The position numbers and the translations under genes are program-made. A DNA stretch of 64,000 nucleotides from positions 6,960,066 to 7,024,065 of the forward strand of contig MU058213.1 of NCBI GenBank assembly GCA_013265495.1, in the 5' to 3' direction. Of this stretch, positions 1-12,361 are shown piece after piece; position 1 is the stretch's first letter; each line of letters opens with the position of its first letter. This DNA comes from Vicugna vicugna. Taxonomy: Eukaryota. Below the pieces are notes generated by a model that was given only the letters and a program-made list of their open reading frames with translations, had not been told where the DNA came from and searched no databases.

Positions 1-949
1 TCCTAGGCCACTGCAAGGAGGAGTAATCCACCTGCAATAACTGTTGGATTTGCCACACTGCTGGTCACCATGCAGGTCAGCCCATCACAAACTTCTCCCT
101 GATTTCCAGTGCCTCACTTTCTCTGGAACAACCTCAGCTCCCTCTATGGTGTCGGACTCCCTAACCCTGTGGCTCCATTTCCTGCCTCTGATGAACAACC
201 ACAAACCCAAGGAAACTTGCATCCAGGCTCTGTACCAGAAAAGGGCACAGGCAAGGGCGACTACAATAAAACCACTTGTGCAGTCTACAGACACTTACTT
301 TTTACTGGCCTCCATGGCTGTCACCTTTCCAGTCCTGAGCAACAGACTCAAACGGGATTACCAGGAGGCATTCATGATTCAAAATTAGCTTCCTGTGGCC
401 GATCCCTACTGCCCCGGCTAAGAGTAAGTGCAAACAAGGCTATGATCAGGAATCTCTCCTTAACTCTTGAAGATACTGTAGAATCTGCTGCTAAAACAAT
501 AGCTACCCAAGAAACGACCCCTAGATTCTCTGGCCAAAGTGGTTCCTGATAAGAGGCTAACCCTAGATTGTCTTTTAGGTGAGCAAGGAGGTGCTTATGC
601 TGCGGCCAACACCACCACTTGCTGTACTTGGATGGACACTTCCAGGGAAGTTGAGATTCAGCTATGTTAGATCACTGAACAAGCCATTCGGCTTAAAAAA
701 GTAACTCCTTTAATGGAGGTCTGTCTTTGACTTCTTTGATTCTGATTGGTTTGGGTCCTGGGGACCATGGCTCCAAAGTATACTCCAGACACTGGGAATT
801 ATCCTGCTTGTAATAATCAACGTAGTTTCCCTGGTGTGCTGCACTCTCTCAGAAGCTTTAAATGCATATTCACAGCTGCTAACCAAGCAAATGCCTAGAC
901 TATCAGAAAAGAGAACGACTGACGTAAAGAATGTTAACCCATCATTGTG
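1..949 (+). pseudogene. env: Decayed class I (gamma-like) ERV env: end of SU plus the TM subunit, with frameshifts and a stop
   Basis: Furin site RLKR at 344-355, then a frameshift into GLPGGIHDSKLAS..AMIRNLSLTL. ISD-like LAKVVPDKRLTLDCLLGEQGG from ~530. Degenerate CX6CC (GGAYAAANTTTCC, CC at 620-625), an in-frame TAG, and a W-rich stretch leading to a hydrophobic anchor (DWFGSWGPWLQSILQTLGIILLVIINVVSLVCC). Confidence 0.9.
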
Positions 950-1110
950 ACCTGTGAATACCACAGACAGGTTCAGTAAGAAGACTCCACAACCTGTGAA
1001 TACCACACAGAGGATCAGCAGGAACTGTGAAAACCACAGAGCAGCAGCTGGCAGTAGTGCTAATGCTTAAATTTTGATCACATCTCTTAGTTACACTGAG
1101 AGTCGAGATC

Positions 1111-1506
1111 AAAAAGGGGGAATTATTCAAAACAAGGTAACAGGCCCCAAATGGAGTCATTTATGCCAAGCCCTACGTCACCAAACTGAGACTTAATTTC
1201 AGGTTTGGCTCTCCCAGAAATAGGCTCTTAAACCAGTCAGTCAGGAATCACCTGGTTAGCACTTATTAGGTAACCTGCCTGACAGACCCCTGCCATCTCA
1301 TAAACAAAAGTGACCGTGCAATAACCAACCCACTTTTTTGCCTAATGTAATTTCCTTGTTCTCATCCCTTCTGGCTATAACAGTCTTTCATTGTATACAG
1401 CTCCCTGGAGCCATTTCTATGTGCTAGATTGAAAGGTGCCTGATTCAAACTGATTTTGGTGCAAATACACTCTGAATCCCAGGATGCCCCAGTTTTTCTT
1501 TTGACA
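1111..1506 (+). mobile_element. Polypurine tract and 3' LTR of the ERV1 provirus
   Basis: PPT AAAAAGGGGGAA at 1111-1122 follows env. The LTR starts ~1124, has a TATA-like CTATAA near 1375 and ends TTTTGACA at 1506. Confidence 0.8.
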
Positions 1507-2239
1507 GTAGTATTCGCTTTTGTGAATCCAGGCTTTCATACCAAGGTTTGTATAAAACAAGATGCACCTTTATTTCTTGGTATAGAATTATAGTAACTGT
1601 CTTCGATCACTTGTTGCCTCCCATACTAATCTCACCAGGATGTTGGGTGGTAGTGATTATCCTTCTTTTGAAAGGAATTATTTCAGGTGCTAAAGAAAGG
1701 ATTTTTACGTGTTATTTCATTCCATCCCCTGCCTGAATAGTCTTCACATTTGATCTTAATTCTACCATGTTTTCATTCACCTACTTCCCTTCCATCAGAA
1801 ATTTCACCCAGATAGGATGCTTCCATTTGGTGAAGTGCCGGGGGAGCAAATCTTGCTCTTTTTCCACAGAAGGAGACATGGCTGCCTGGGATTGGGGGAT
1901 TTAGAATTTCTTATTAATGGCAAAATCTGGAATGTTGTTGTAACTCAGGCAGCTAGTCCACAATGGTCAGTGTCCTAAAGAAAACAGGGCAGTCTGGGGT
2001 GGAGACACAGCTCACAGGGATCTACACCACATCAGCACCCACCCAGAAACGGACCAACACAACCAGTGTGAAGATTCCAACATGGTACCCTTGAGGGGTA
2101 GGTGGGCCTGCCCCTGGGGAGCGGAACAGTACCACCTCCTCAGAAGTGATGAGTCACACGTGTTCTCATCCTATCACCATGGAAGGGACAGAGCTGCCCA
2201 GGAGGTTTGGTGACCTGCTGTGCTGAGATAACTTCAGAG

Positions 2240-2400
2240 CGCTCTTCTGCGTGCTTTACGGAGCTTTGCCTTGTTTCATTCTCATGACAACCTTGTGAAA
2301 CAGGCACTGCTGGTTTATGGAGAGAGAAATGCGGGGCATGGAAGTGGCCAGTAACTTTCCTAGGGTCACACTGCTAGTCATTGGCAATGCTGGGATGTGC
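2240..2400 (-). mobile_element. MIR SINE fragment
   Basis: Matches the reverse complement of the MIR core (cattctcatgacaaccttgtgaa...agtaactttcctagggtcacactgctagt). Confidence 0.65.
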
Positions 2401-5400
2401 ATATGGCTACACAGGTAAGTGTTCAATGTGATTTCCTCTCTTGATCTGACCCCTATTCTTCCACGCTTTACACAGCTCATGGGAGGGCCCTCCTTGTCCA
2501 GACTATCACCAGAACTTCAGATCCAAGACACAGGCAAGCCAGTATTAGCAGCACTGCAACGAGTAGCTGTAAAGGGCATGTACACAGTAAACATTTTTCA
2601 TGATTGTATTTATTTCTCCAAATTGCCTTAAATTAGTATTTCATCAGACACATATTATAGACAAAGCCAATGGTGGCTGTAAGAGGTTAGGTGGTTGCTA
2701 GAGTCACACAACCGATGTGGCCTAGATCAGAGATCTGAATCTGCTGTTGCTAATTCTTCTCTATTTCCCAACCACCGCTCTGGGTCTTCAGGATCAGCTA
2801 TTGCTAGTTGGAGCCCACACTCTCCCCTCCACCCTATCTTGAACAAATACAGTTTCTCCAGGTTCCCTTTACCTACTCCTCTCTGTCTCTGTCACGCCTG
2901 AGGCCCAAGATGAAAACTTACTGAGACAGTTTAAAGCTTAGTTGCAAATTTTAGGGCCGGGAAATACCGCCCTACCCCAGGCGGCCTCCTTCGCTGTGAA
3001 CCAGGTAGTCAAAGGAGCCTCCCAAAAGGCACCGGCACTTTGGATGAGCTGAGCTGAAACCACGCAAACCAACTCCTAGCACTAATAATTACGGAAATTT
3101 GTTGCGAGTAACAATCGCTCAGGAAAGCCCAGTGGTTCCCTAAAGGGCAAGAATAATAGGCCTATAACTTCAAACGTGTAAGAATAATTTGTTATTCATG
3201 TTAATCCCCTTGCCATTGCCAGCCACATCAATCTTTTTCAAAGGGGGACGCTGGAAAAAACCATTGAAGTCCGCAGGGAAACGACAGGCACGTAAGGTGA
3301 GCAGCGGCGGCGAGCAGAGCAACTCTGTGGTTCTGCTTGTCGCTGTCTGAAGCTCGGCATGTTTCCTTAGGGCTCAGCCTTCCCCCCAGGCCCACCTGGC
3401 TACAACTCCCCCAGCGAGGCAGGGAGGCAGGCCAGAGGGAAAAATACCACCACCAAGCCATTTCTGGCTATTTTTACCAGGATGAGGTTTTCCAAGAACT
3501 TTCACCACAGAAGCCCAGGCAAGATAACTCACCCTGGTTAAAGTTAATGCAGGCTGGGCCGATTCCGCCTCAACTGGGAAACAGCACCCACTTTAAAAAC
3601 TACACACACACCCCAACAGCCACACTGGCTTCCAGGACTTAGCTTTCAAAGTGGCAGAAGTGTCTCAAGTCAAAAAGATGCTCAGAAACAGGCAGGAGCT
3701 GACAACAGAAGAAGGAAAATGCAACATGGAAGGAGACTCTGGAAAACTAAGGATTCAAATGAATCAAAGGGACAGCCTGTGGGCTAACATCTTCCCAGAA
3801 AAGGAAGAAACGGTGTTGGTGGTTCATGGCGTCTCCTCTCCCCTTTTACTCAAGTTACCAGTGAAGGTTTACAGGAGGCGTTTTCCACTCACCGTCCCAG
3901 ATGGGCCACCCCACACCTTCATTTTCTTGTTCCAAGCGCATGAGAGAGAAAGGAAAGATTGCTTTTCCCCACTTTGCTTTGCCTTGACATGGCAGCAGGG
4001 AACAGGAGCAATGGTGACATCTAGCTTTCCCAGCTCTTGGCATGGAGGGAAACAAGGCTCCTTTTCAAGCAGACAGCGATCAAAGGACCAAAAGTGTGAG
4101 AAGCTAATGTAATGTTCACTTGCATAAAACAGGGTGTTTGATCCACCCCTCTACCATCAGCATGAAGCGAGCCATGCACCCTTCCTTCCAGGCTCACAGA
4201 AGGGGAACCCCTGCCACCGACCCCTCCTGGGAAGTTCTTGAGCCAGGAGCCTCTGCAGCCTGTAATTAGGCCATCTCCTTCAAATGTTGCCTGGGAAATC
4301 ACGGGACAAGGAGTCTTGGCCCTGCTGTCTGGACAGGAAACCGTCTGGGGCCCCGTTTTGCAGAGGCAGGCCCAAGACACAGAAAGTTGTGTGCTGGACA
4401 CAGAGAAAGAGACCAGGTGCCAACCGTTGTCCAAATACATTATCCTGTCTAAATACATGTGGATTCACCAGGCCTGTTGCTTAGAAGCTGCAAATTGTTT
4501 TTACTTCTGGGATATATTTTTTCTCTTTAGTAATTTTGAGAGTTTCTTAAATTTAAAAACTGCATGCTCATTATGTAATATTTTAGTAACACAAGTGTAC
4601 AAAATAAGAGTGAGAATGCTTAAGTGTCTTTCCCCCACCATCCCACTCCCCACCACTCTGAACACTTTGGGACGCATTCTTCCAAAGCTTTCTCTAAGTG
4701 CAAATACAGACACGTATTTCTGTAGGTCTGTGCTCCCAGCATCTGAAACCCATGTGGCTCTGGATTTGCCCATTGTCTTTAATGTCCTGCTCTCCAAATC
4801 GGATACACCTTCACCCCATGTTTGCCATGGGACCTTGGGTTAGGTTCCCATGACACCGACAACAACTCAGCCTGACAGCTTGCCCTCACTCTGAGTCAGT
4901 TCAGCTAGTGATCGTATTTAGCGGTGTTTTCTACAATGTGAACATCTTTTATTTGCTTTTAAAAAGATGCCTGGCCTTCTTTCCATCAGCAAGTGCTGAG
5001 AGTTGGCCATGGTTCCCTAAATCAAAATGCAAACCAATTGTGAAGAAGCCCTTCTAGCCTAGACAGAATGAACAGTATTTCCTAAATTCTAAGAAAACGT
5101 CGCTTATAAGATTTAATAACACATATTTTGAAAGAAAAGAACAAATACCATATTAAGCACATTTTTGAATTGTAAGATGATTTTACAAACTTATGAAACA
5201 CTGGAATAGTGTTCTTAATGTGCATTTCTGAATCAAGAAAATATGGTACTCTCACTTACTTGCCTTTCATAATCTGAACTAACATCTCATATCCCTACCC
5301 CTTCTTTCAGGCAAAGTCTATCTCAATATGTAATCTTAGATACCTATTACCTTAAAGGATAAGTCTCAAATACTGGATGTTTAACATGAACATGAGTTGG

Positions 5401-7499
5401 GACCTGAATTAATCTAAATCATCTTGACATTGTGCCCTGGCAAACTCATCTTCGCTATGAAAAGGCTGTCTGGAATGATTTCTCCATTAGGAATCCTGCC
5501 TGTGGCCCTTTAAAAATAAATCAAACCTGTAGGTGATCCTTCTCTTTGTGGTGGTGGCAGAAAGCACAGGTCTGAGTTGCAAGTCTAAAAGTTGACACGT
5601 GGATAGAATCTAGAAATACAAAGGCTAGAGAAGAATCCAAAACTAAGAGTAATCTTTCCAGTTTTAGGATGATGTTCTCAAATGAGGTTATGCGATAAGG
5701 TAGTAACTGGTTATACAGCAACAGGCACCACCCACCACTTCTTAGGCTTCCCTCACCAGTCAACCAATAATTCCTTTAACAAATAGTTTTAAGGGCCCAT
5801 GTTTATGGAATGATCAAGCAACAAGGCTGGCCTGATGAATGGGTGTGATTTGAGACACAGTAAATATCATGACCCCACCCAACCTATCACATCTAAAATT
5901 CCACCATTAGACATTCATTTATTTGTATTTATGAGTCCCTGAAAAGAACAGTATCTTAAGCTACTGGCAGTTAGCTAATTCATGATTACAAAGCTACTAG
6001 GACCTAATGATGAGGAATAAGATAAAAAGGAAACACTAGGAAGGTGAAGATGGATATTTAAAAGGAAGCTAATGTGTCAAAAGCAAACTCCAGTCTCTTC
6101 TTCATCTTGCTATGGTGTGCATTTTTTTGGAAAAATTTGTTCTTAGCAGTGGAAAGCCCTTAGAATGAAAAATGATCCAGTCTAAAGAAAGGGAAGAGGA
6201 TTCATTCTAGGCAGAAACTCCTATTCTTTGGGACCAAAAGGAGAAGTCTTTATGGAATCTACCCCTTCTGACCCTTTTTTCAGCATAGCCTAGAATATCA
6301 ATGATAATGTTAATACAGATAAAGAGATATCAAGTAGACCAATGAAAGCGTGGATTAAATCCAACCAAAAGACAACCCCACTTGGTTTCAGGACCCTCCC
6401 TGCTGGGGGGCTAATTCCTAACAGAAAACAACAAAACTATTCAAAAATTTAACAAGGTTACAAATTAAATATTTCAGAGTACCTCATTAAAACATTTCAC
6501 CATGTGCACTTTCTATCACGTGGCTGCTTATACAGATGCTCATAAATCTGATGGCATTAAGTTCTCAGGCCTTTATTTGAGATCATTTCGTCTCCCTACG
6601 TGGACTGGCCCAGGAAATGAGATTTCATGAGTCACCGTCCTCTGTGATAATCACAGGAGAGCTCATTAGCTTTTTGTCAGATTTGTACCTACTATCTGCC
6701 CCCAATATGCCTATGACTTCTTTCGAGTTAAATATATTACCAAAAGGGAGAGCTCGAAAGAGCATTCAAGTCTGAATGCTGCAGACTTGAAACACTAAAT
6801 AAATATTTTTACATATGTTAAAAGGCATCTGAGCGCAGAAGAGAAAAAAAAAAAAAACAGAAACACATCCCCTATTGATAGCATCCTTATTTAGAGGACA
6901 CACATCATTAGAAAGAAATAAAGTTAGACATTTACACTTTTAAAAGCCCTGCCAAATCTGTTTAAATGTCTGAGCTGAGTCAAAGCAAGAAAGGGTTCAA
7001 AGGATAGAGGAAAATAGTGTCATAATTCTTACAATTTATCACATTTGGGGCATCCACAATCATGAATCTTAGGATACTTCACCAAGGTCCCCCAACCTCA
7101 TGACTTCTGGTTTTCACTGGAAATGACCAAAGGCTTTCATAGCACTTCATGAGAAGGGATGAAGTCTTTCACTGCTCTCAAAGAAAGATTAAGTAAATCT
7201 TCCACAGACCATCTTGGTAGTAAGTTTGACTCACCTTGCACTGAAATTGCCCATAAAGGAAGTCATGACATTCATCGCCTTCAGCAGAAATCACTGAGTG
7301 ACTTTCTGGGTTTTCGTTTGGGTCCTTCCTCGGTATAACAAGAATTAGCTCGCTGAGACTATCCCTCCTGCAACGTTGAACGACTGGTGCCCAGTTCCCA
7401 ACCGATGTTTACCGAGCAAAACAAGGGCCATAAAGCTTATGTAGAAGACAAAGACTTATTTTAGCTCTACAGTCCTTAGATTCAAATGGAAATACGGCT

Positions 7500-7705
7500 T
7501 AACCTTCTCGGGCTGCATATCTTTTTTAAGAATCTGATGAAAAAGATGTGAACTGGCTCCAAAGAAAAATGCCCCACCTCCTTACAAATGCACACACATA
7601 CACAGAAACATACAGAGAATAATTTGGGGTACAATTCCAGAGAGCTCTCAAGCACTCTGATTTTATTTCTACAACTCCTTGGGGTCCCTGGACCTAAGGC
7701 AAGGT
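7500..7705. mobile_element. hAT-Charlie MER-type DNA transposon fossil
   Basis: gaatctgatgaaaa..agaaaaatgc..acacacatacac..tacaattccag..ggacctaagg resembles non-autonomous Charlie-type MER elements. Confidence 0.5.
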
Positions 7706-7744
7706 CTCATATAGATGATGATATCAAGGGATGAAATCAAAAGT

Positions 7745-7970
7745 AACACTCATTGAGAACGTACTATATTAAGAACAGGCCCTGTAACATCCCATTTAAC
7801 CCCTACAACAACCCTAAGATATACATCTGTTATTATCCCCATTTTACAAAAAAAGAAACTGAGGCACAGATAATTTGAGCAAACTTCCCAAACAGCCAAT
7901 TGGTTGCAGAGTTACAGCCTCAAACCCAGTGTGCGCCTGGAGTCCATGCACTAAGCCACTAGGTTACACA
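7745..7970 (-). mobile_element. MIR SINE
   Basis: ttattatccccattttacaaaaaaagaaactgaggcacaga is the reverse-complement MIR core. Confidence 0.85.
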
Positions 7971-9528
7971 GCCCCTCTCATACATTTTTATTTTAAGGCA
8001 TGTTCACTTTTGTTTCTCATATAATTTTTGCAGCCTTCTCTAGGAGTTAGATTAGGTAGCTATCTCCACTTGAGTGGGTGTTGAGGGCATTTCCAAAGTG
8101 CAGCAGGAAATTTGCTTTTCAGTCTCCTTTTCAGATAATGAAGTCACAGTTGATGAAACTAAAAATTAAAAACAAAAATTCTGACTTGAGCCTCCTTCCT
8201 CCATTAACTGCATATCTAATTCCCTTCTCCCCGTCCGCCTTGAGGACTGAGTCAGCATGGTGAGGTTTTGAAGCCATGTGGTGTCTCCTGCAAAAAATCC
8301 GGCTTCCTGGGGTTCTATGAACAGGTTTGTTTCTACAAAGGAAAAGGCACAGGGAAAAGCAGAAGGAAGAGGAATGGTGTCAACCTGCAGAAAGTAAGAA
8401 CCCTGTGTGCACATGATCGTGCTGGACATTAGATGGACAATTTTGTCTTCACATGTAATCTAAATCTAACTGATGTGTAAAAAAGAATGTTTTAAAGCAT
8501 TTAACCCTCCCTTACCTGAATTCTACCTAGCATTGTTCAGTGCTCGGCTGTTCCCACTCGAGTGAATTTCTCCCTCCTTAAAACCCATCAGCATGTCCTG
8601 CCAGTTCTTCACGACCATTTGGTGTCAGACTCTGGTCCCACCTTCTCATTCCAGTGAAACAGCAGACTGCACTAACATAGTCCCCGATCTCCTTCCTCTA
8701 GATACGCAGAGAAATGCTGGGGGAAATGTAGCAGACTTTTTTGACTCAGAACCGAACTTGAAAGAAAGAATGAGAAAGAGAGAGTAGAGAAGAGAAGAAA
8801 TCCCCAGGTAACAGAAATGGAGAAGAATACAGCCAGAGTTGCCATCTTGGCCTTTATAAACTGATGCTCCAGTGGTCCAGCAAGGTGTTGGACGTACATG
8901 TGAGCCCAAATGGCGAGAGGCTGGGGTCGCACCTCCCACTTAGTAACAGGAAAGGTAGAATAGGGTGCGTTCAAGATGGAGAACTAGAACTGACAAATTT
9001 GTATGAAGTCAGGCATATTTGGGCATGCAGGGTACAGAATCTGAACTCATGTTATCCACGCAGAAGGAAACCTCAGTGAAGAAATGAAAATAAGAATTTG
9101 GCTGCAGACCAATAAAGCTCCTGAGATGCCCAAGATAAGAAAATGCAAAACTACCCTGTAGAAACATTTTCATAACCCAAGGAGCATGGGACGTTCCCCA
9201 AAGGGGAAAATTTCTTGCTAAAAGTAAATTCACAATTAAAAGAAAAAAATTACAAGTCGCAAGAGGAAATAATCCTCTAAAAGAGACAGTAAGCAAACAG
9301 ACAGAATAAAAGGGGAGATTAATACTCTAAGCTAAGAGAGTAGAACAATCTGAAGCAGGCAATAAAAATAAGTATGTTCAAAGTGATCAAAGACATAAAA
9401 GAAAGACTGGAAGCTACGCGATATAAGAACAAGACACCATACAACAGAAAGAAATTGATGTGACTAAGTCATGTTCTACTTCTGGAAAAAACAAAACCAG
9501 AATCATTGAAATTTAAAACTAAATAAAT

Positions 9529-9998
9529 GGTATATTAGATTCCTAGAGCTGCCATAACAAAGTACCACAAACTGGGTGGCTTAGAACAAGAAAAATGTTC
9601 GATCTGACAGTTTGAGGGGCTACCAGTCTGAAATCAAGCTGTCAGCAGGGCAGAAATGCTCCCCTTTCAGAAACCTGTAGAGGAAAGATTGATCCTTCCT
9701 GGCCACTTCTAGCTTCTGGTAGCCCCAAATGTTCCTTGGTTTGTGACAGCTTAAATCCAATCCTCACAGTGTTCTCCTCATGTCTCTTCACACAGTCCTC
9801 CCTCTGGGCATGTCTTTGTGTCCAAATCCACTCCCCTTCTTATGGACACCAGTCAGACTGGATTAGGGCCCACCCTAATGACTTCATTTTAATTTGGTTA
9901 CATCCTGTAAAGACCCTGTTTGCAAATAAGGTCACATTCTAAAGTAACGGGGATTAGGACTTCACTGTATTTTTTTTGGAGGACACAATTCAACTTAC
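9529..9998 (-). mobile_element. MLT1 (MLT1B/C-like) MaLR solo LTR nested in the old L1
   Basis: Diagnostic gctgccataacaaagtaccacaaactgggtggctta ... gcaaataaggtcacattct ... ggacacaattcaac. Confidence 0.9.
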
Positions 9999-10145
9999 AA
10001 TAAGTGGTTTAATATCAGATCAGACACAACTGAGGAGAACCAACGAAAGAAAAGATAAATCAGAAAATTATCCAAAAGGCAATACAGAAAAATTAAGAGA
10101 GAGAAAATAAAGCCTGTGGCCCTCAGCTGGTCCAGGGGGGCCAGG

Positions 10146-10262
10146 GAAAGAAGGAAAGAAAGGAAAGAAAGGAAAGAAAGGAAAGGAAAGGAAAGGAAAG
10201 GAAAGGAAAGGAAAGGAAAGGAAGGAAGGAAGGAAGGAAGGAAGGAAGGAAGGAAAAAAGAA
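10146..10262 (+). repeat. Compound polypurine microsatellite (GAAAGGAAA)n(GAAAG)n(GGAA)n
   Basis: Visible pure A/G run of ~115 nt. Confidence 0.97.
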
Positions 10263-10614
10263 AATGGAAAAGTAAAGTCCAAAGTTATACAGGACAAAAT
10301 AAGATTCAACATCTATCTCTGAGGAGTTTCAGAAAGATGGAGTATAAAAAAGGACGAGGGAGAAGCAATATTCTATGAGCTCACAGATGGGACTTTTCTG
10401 GAATGTATGAAAAACACGTGTTTAGATTCAGGATACATGCCAAGAGAAAAGCAGGACAAAGAGAAATAAATCCACAGCCATGTCCACCACATGATGAAAT
10501 GGTAGATCAAAAATAAAATCTCAAAAGAAATAAGGAGAAAAGATTAACTATAAATAAATATTAGACCGACAGCAGATTTCTCATTAGCAAAAAGATAGAC
10601 CCAAACAAAAGTAT

Positions 10615-10818
10615 TGTATACTGGCAGAAGTCTGGATAGGGTTTAGTTCCTGGAGGTGCGGAGTACAGTGGCTGGTGAGGGGGTGTAAGGGGGGTTCCAG
10701 GGATGCTGCCCACATTCCGTTTCTTGGTCTAGGTTTTGATTACATGGGCTCATTGAGCTGTATACTAATGACACGTGTGCTTTTCTACACGTACATTATA
10801 CATCAAGAAATAAATTTT
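10615..10818 (+). mobile_element. L1ME-type 3' end nested in the old L1 ORF1
   Basis: cagggatgctg..tttcttggtctagg..cattgagctgtatact..acattatacatcaa resembles L1ME 3' termini. Confidence 0.65.
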
Positions 10819-12343
10819 CAAAGAGAGACCAGAAGGCAAAAGAATAGTATCTTCAAAGCACTGAGAAGAGAAAGTCAGCAAAACGATGGTTCAAGTAGCA
10901 ATGATAAAGACATTTTTCAATCAAATGAAGATTGTGAGACCTTAGTCTTCACCACCCATGCTGAAAGAACCACCAAAAGGATGCGCTGTAGTGGGAAGAA
11001 AACTGAACCCATAATGAAGAAATAACATTGCAAGGAACCACAGTGAGGCAAGAAATTACCACATGTAAGGCAAATCTAAGTAACACTCACGGAAAAGCCA
11101 GGAGTAAAGAAGACTAGTTTTTAACCATGGAAGACTTAAAATCCTGAGGAGGGGGCAATATCACGGATAATGGAAGGGATCTTTGGGTACAAAGGTCTTT
11201 GTCTAATTTGGGAGAAGGAGAGAAATATTAAATGTTGGCTTTACATATACATGCTAAAAATTTAATGATAACAACTAAAAGATAGGAAATGGAATATATA
11301 AATTTCAAGGCAGAGGAGAGGGGAAAAATAATAAAGAAAAATCAGTCTAACCAAGAAAAGCCAGTGAAGGAGAAAAAAACTAAGCCAAGAAAAGGCAAAG
11401 TATACTGAAATAACAAATGAGATTATGGGGAAAAGTCCAAAGAAATCATGATTTACATCACGAAATTTAAATGGATTAAACTGGCCAATTAAAGAGACAT
11501 TCTTAAATTTTTAATAATTCAGTTACATGTTGTTTGAAAGGAAACATGAATGAAATATAACAACACAAAGTTAAAAGGTAAGGAATGAAAAAAGATATGC
11601 CCAATGCTAGCCCAAAGAAAGTTTAAATATACTAAGATCAGAAAGAATTTAAGGAGGGAAACACATTCCTAGGAGTGAAAAAGAGTCTTAGTTTATGAGA
11701 AACAAAAGAACCAATTAATTCTTCAAGAAAATATAACAATCATGAGACTGAAGATACCAAACTACATAAAGAAAACAATTAACCAAATTACAAGAAGAAA
11801 TGAATAAATTCTTCATCATACTAGGAGATTTTTTTAAACTCCTGTTGTAGATCTGATAAGTCTTGTTGATGTGCATACACTTCATCTCCACAACTAAACC
11901 CTGAAGTCCCTGAAGTCAGGGTGTGGGTCTTCTGCCACGCTCCCCCTCAGGTGGAAGGCACTTTCCCTCCCCCTTTAGTAACCATACATAACCCTTCTCA
12001 TATGGAAGGCTAGGTGCTATAAACAAGTGCAAAGCACAAGAAGTTCATACTAATAATTTACTACTGACAGCAGAACACTTTTTAAACAAGCAAAACAAAT
12101 TAATGTAGAGTAACTAAGGAAGATTTAAAATAATGGGTTGAAAAGAGAAAAAAAGGTTATTATCTCACTGTACTTCTTTTACAGCATTTATGTGACACCA
12201 GGTTCATTTCTTAAACTATAAAATTACTGTATTAACCAGATGATCACTTACAGTCCTTCTAATCGGAAAAAAAATTACACCTGGAAAGATTAAAAACATA
12301 TAAACAGAACTCACATTTAATGGACAGAAGACAACAGCAATTA

Positions 12344-12361
12344 TGCTGCCCCCTAGTGGCA
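12344..12361 (-). promoter_or_regulatory. Consensus CTCF motif
   Basis: Minus strand reads TGCCACTAGGGGGCAGCA, which matches the core CCASYAGRKGGCRS, in non-repetitive sequence. Confidence 0.7.

Larger units (their letters stand above)
9000..11830 (+). mobile_element. Ancient L1 (L1M-type) remnant covering ORF1 to the start of ORF2, interrupted by nested insertions
   Basis: A-rich sequence with ORF1-like traces (ttagaccgacagcagatttctca ~ IRLTADFS; RRQKNSIFKALR at ~10830) and an endonuclease-start trace ttaaatggattaaactggccaattaaag ~ NGLNxPIK at ~11470. Confidence 0.7.

Noticed and set aside
44..549. Intact env / syncytin-like gene
   Set aside because: Frameshifts, a stop codon and a lost CX6CC cysteine.
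950..1045. CRISPR-like repeat-spacer array
   Set aside because: Only three degenerate copies with unequal spacing, inside an ERV, in eukaryotic DNA with no cas genes.
3228..4843. Cluster of 100-200 aa ORFs
   Set aside because: Mostly non-ATG starts, no recognisable domains, and partly within decayed repeat sequence.
2140..8750. Several AP-1 (TGAGTCA) sites
   Set aside because: 7-mers are expected several times by chance in 64 kb, so an enhancer call cannot be supported without data.
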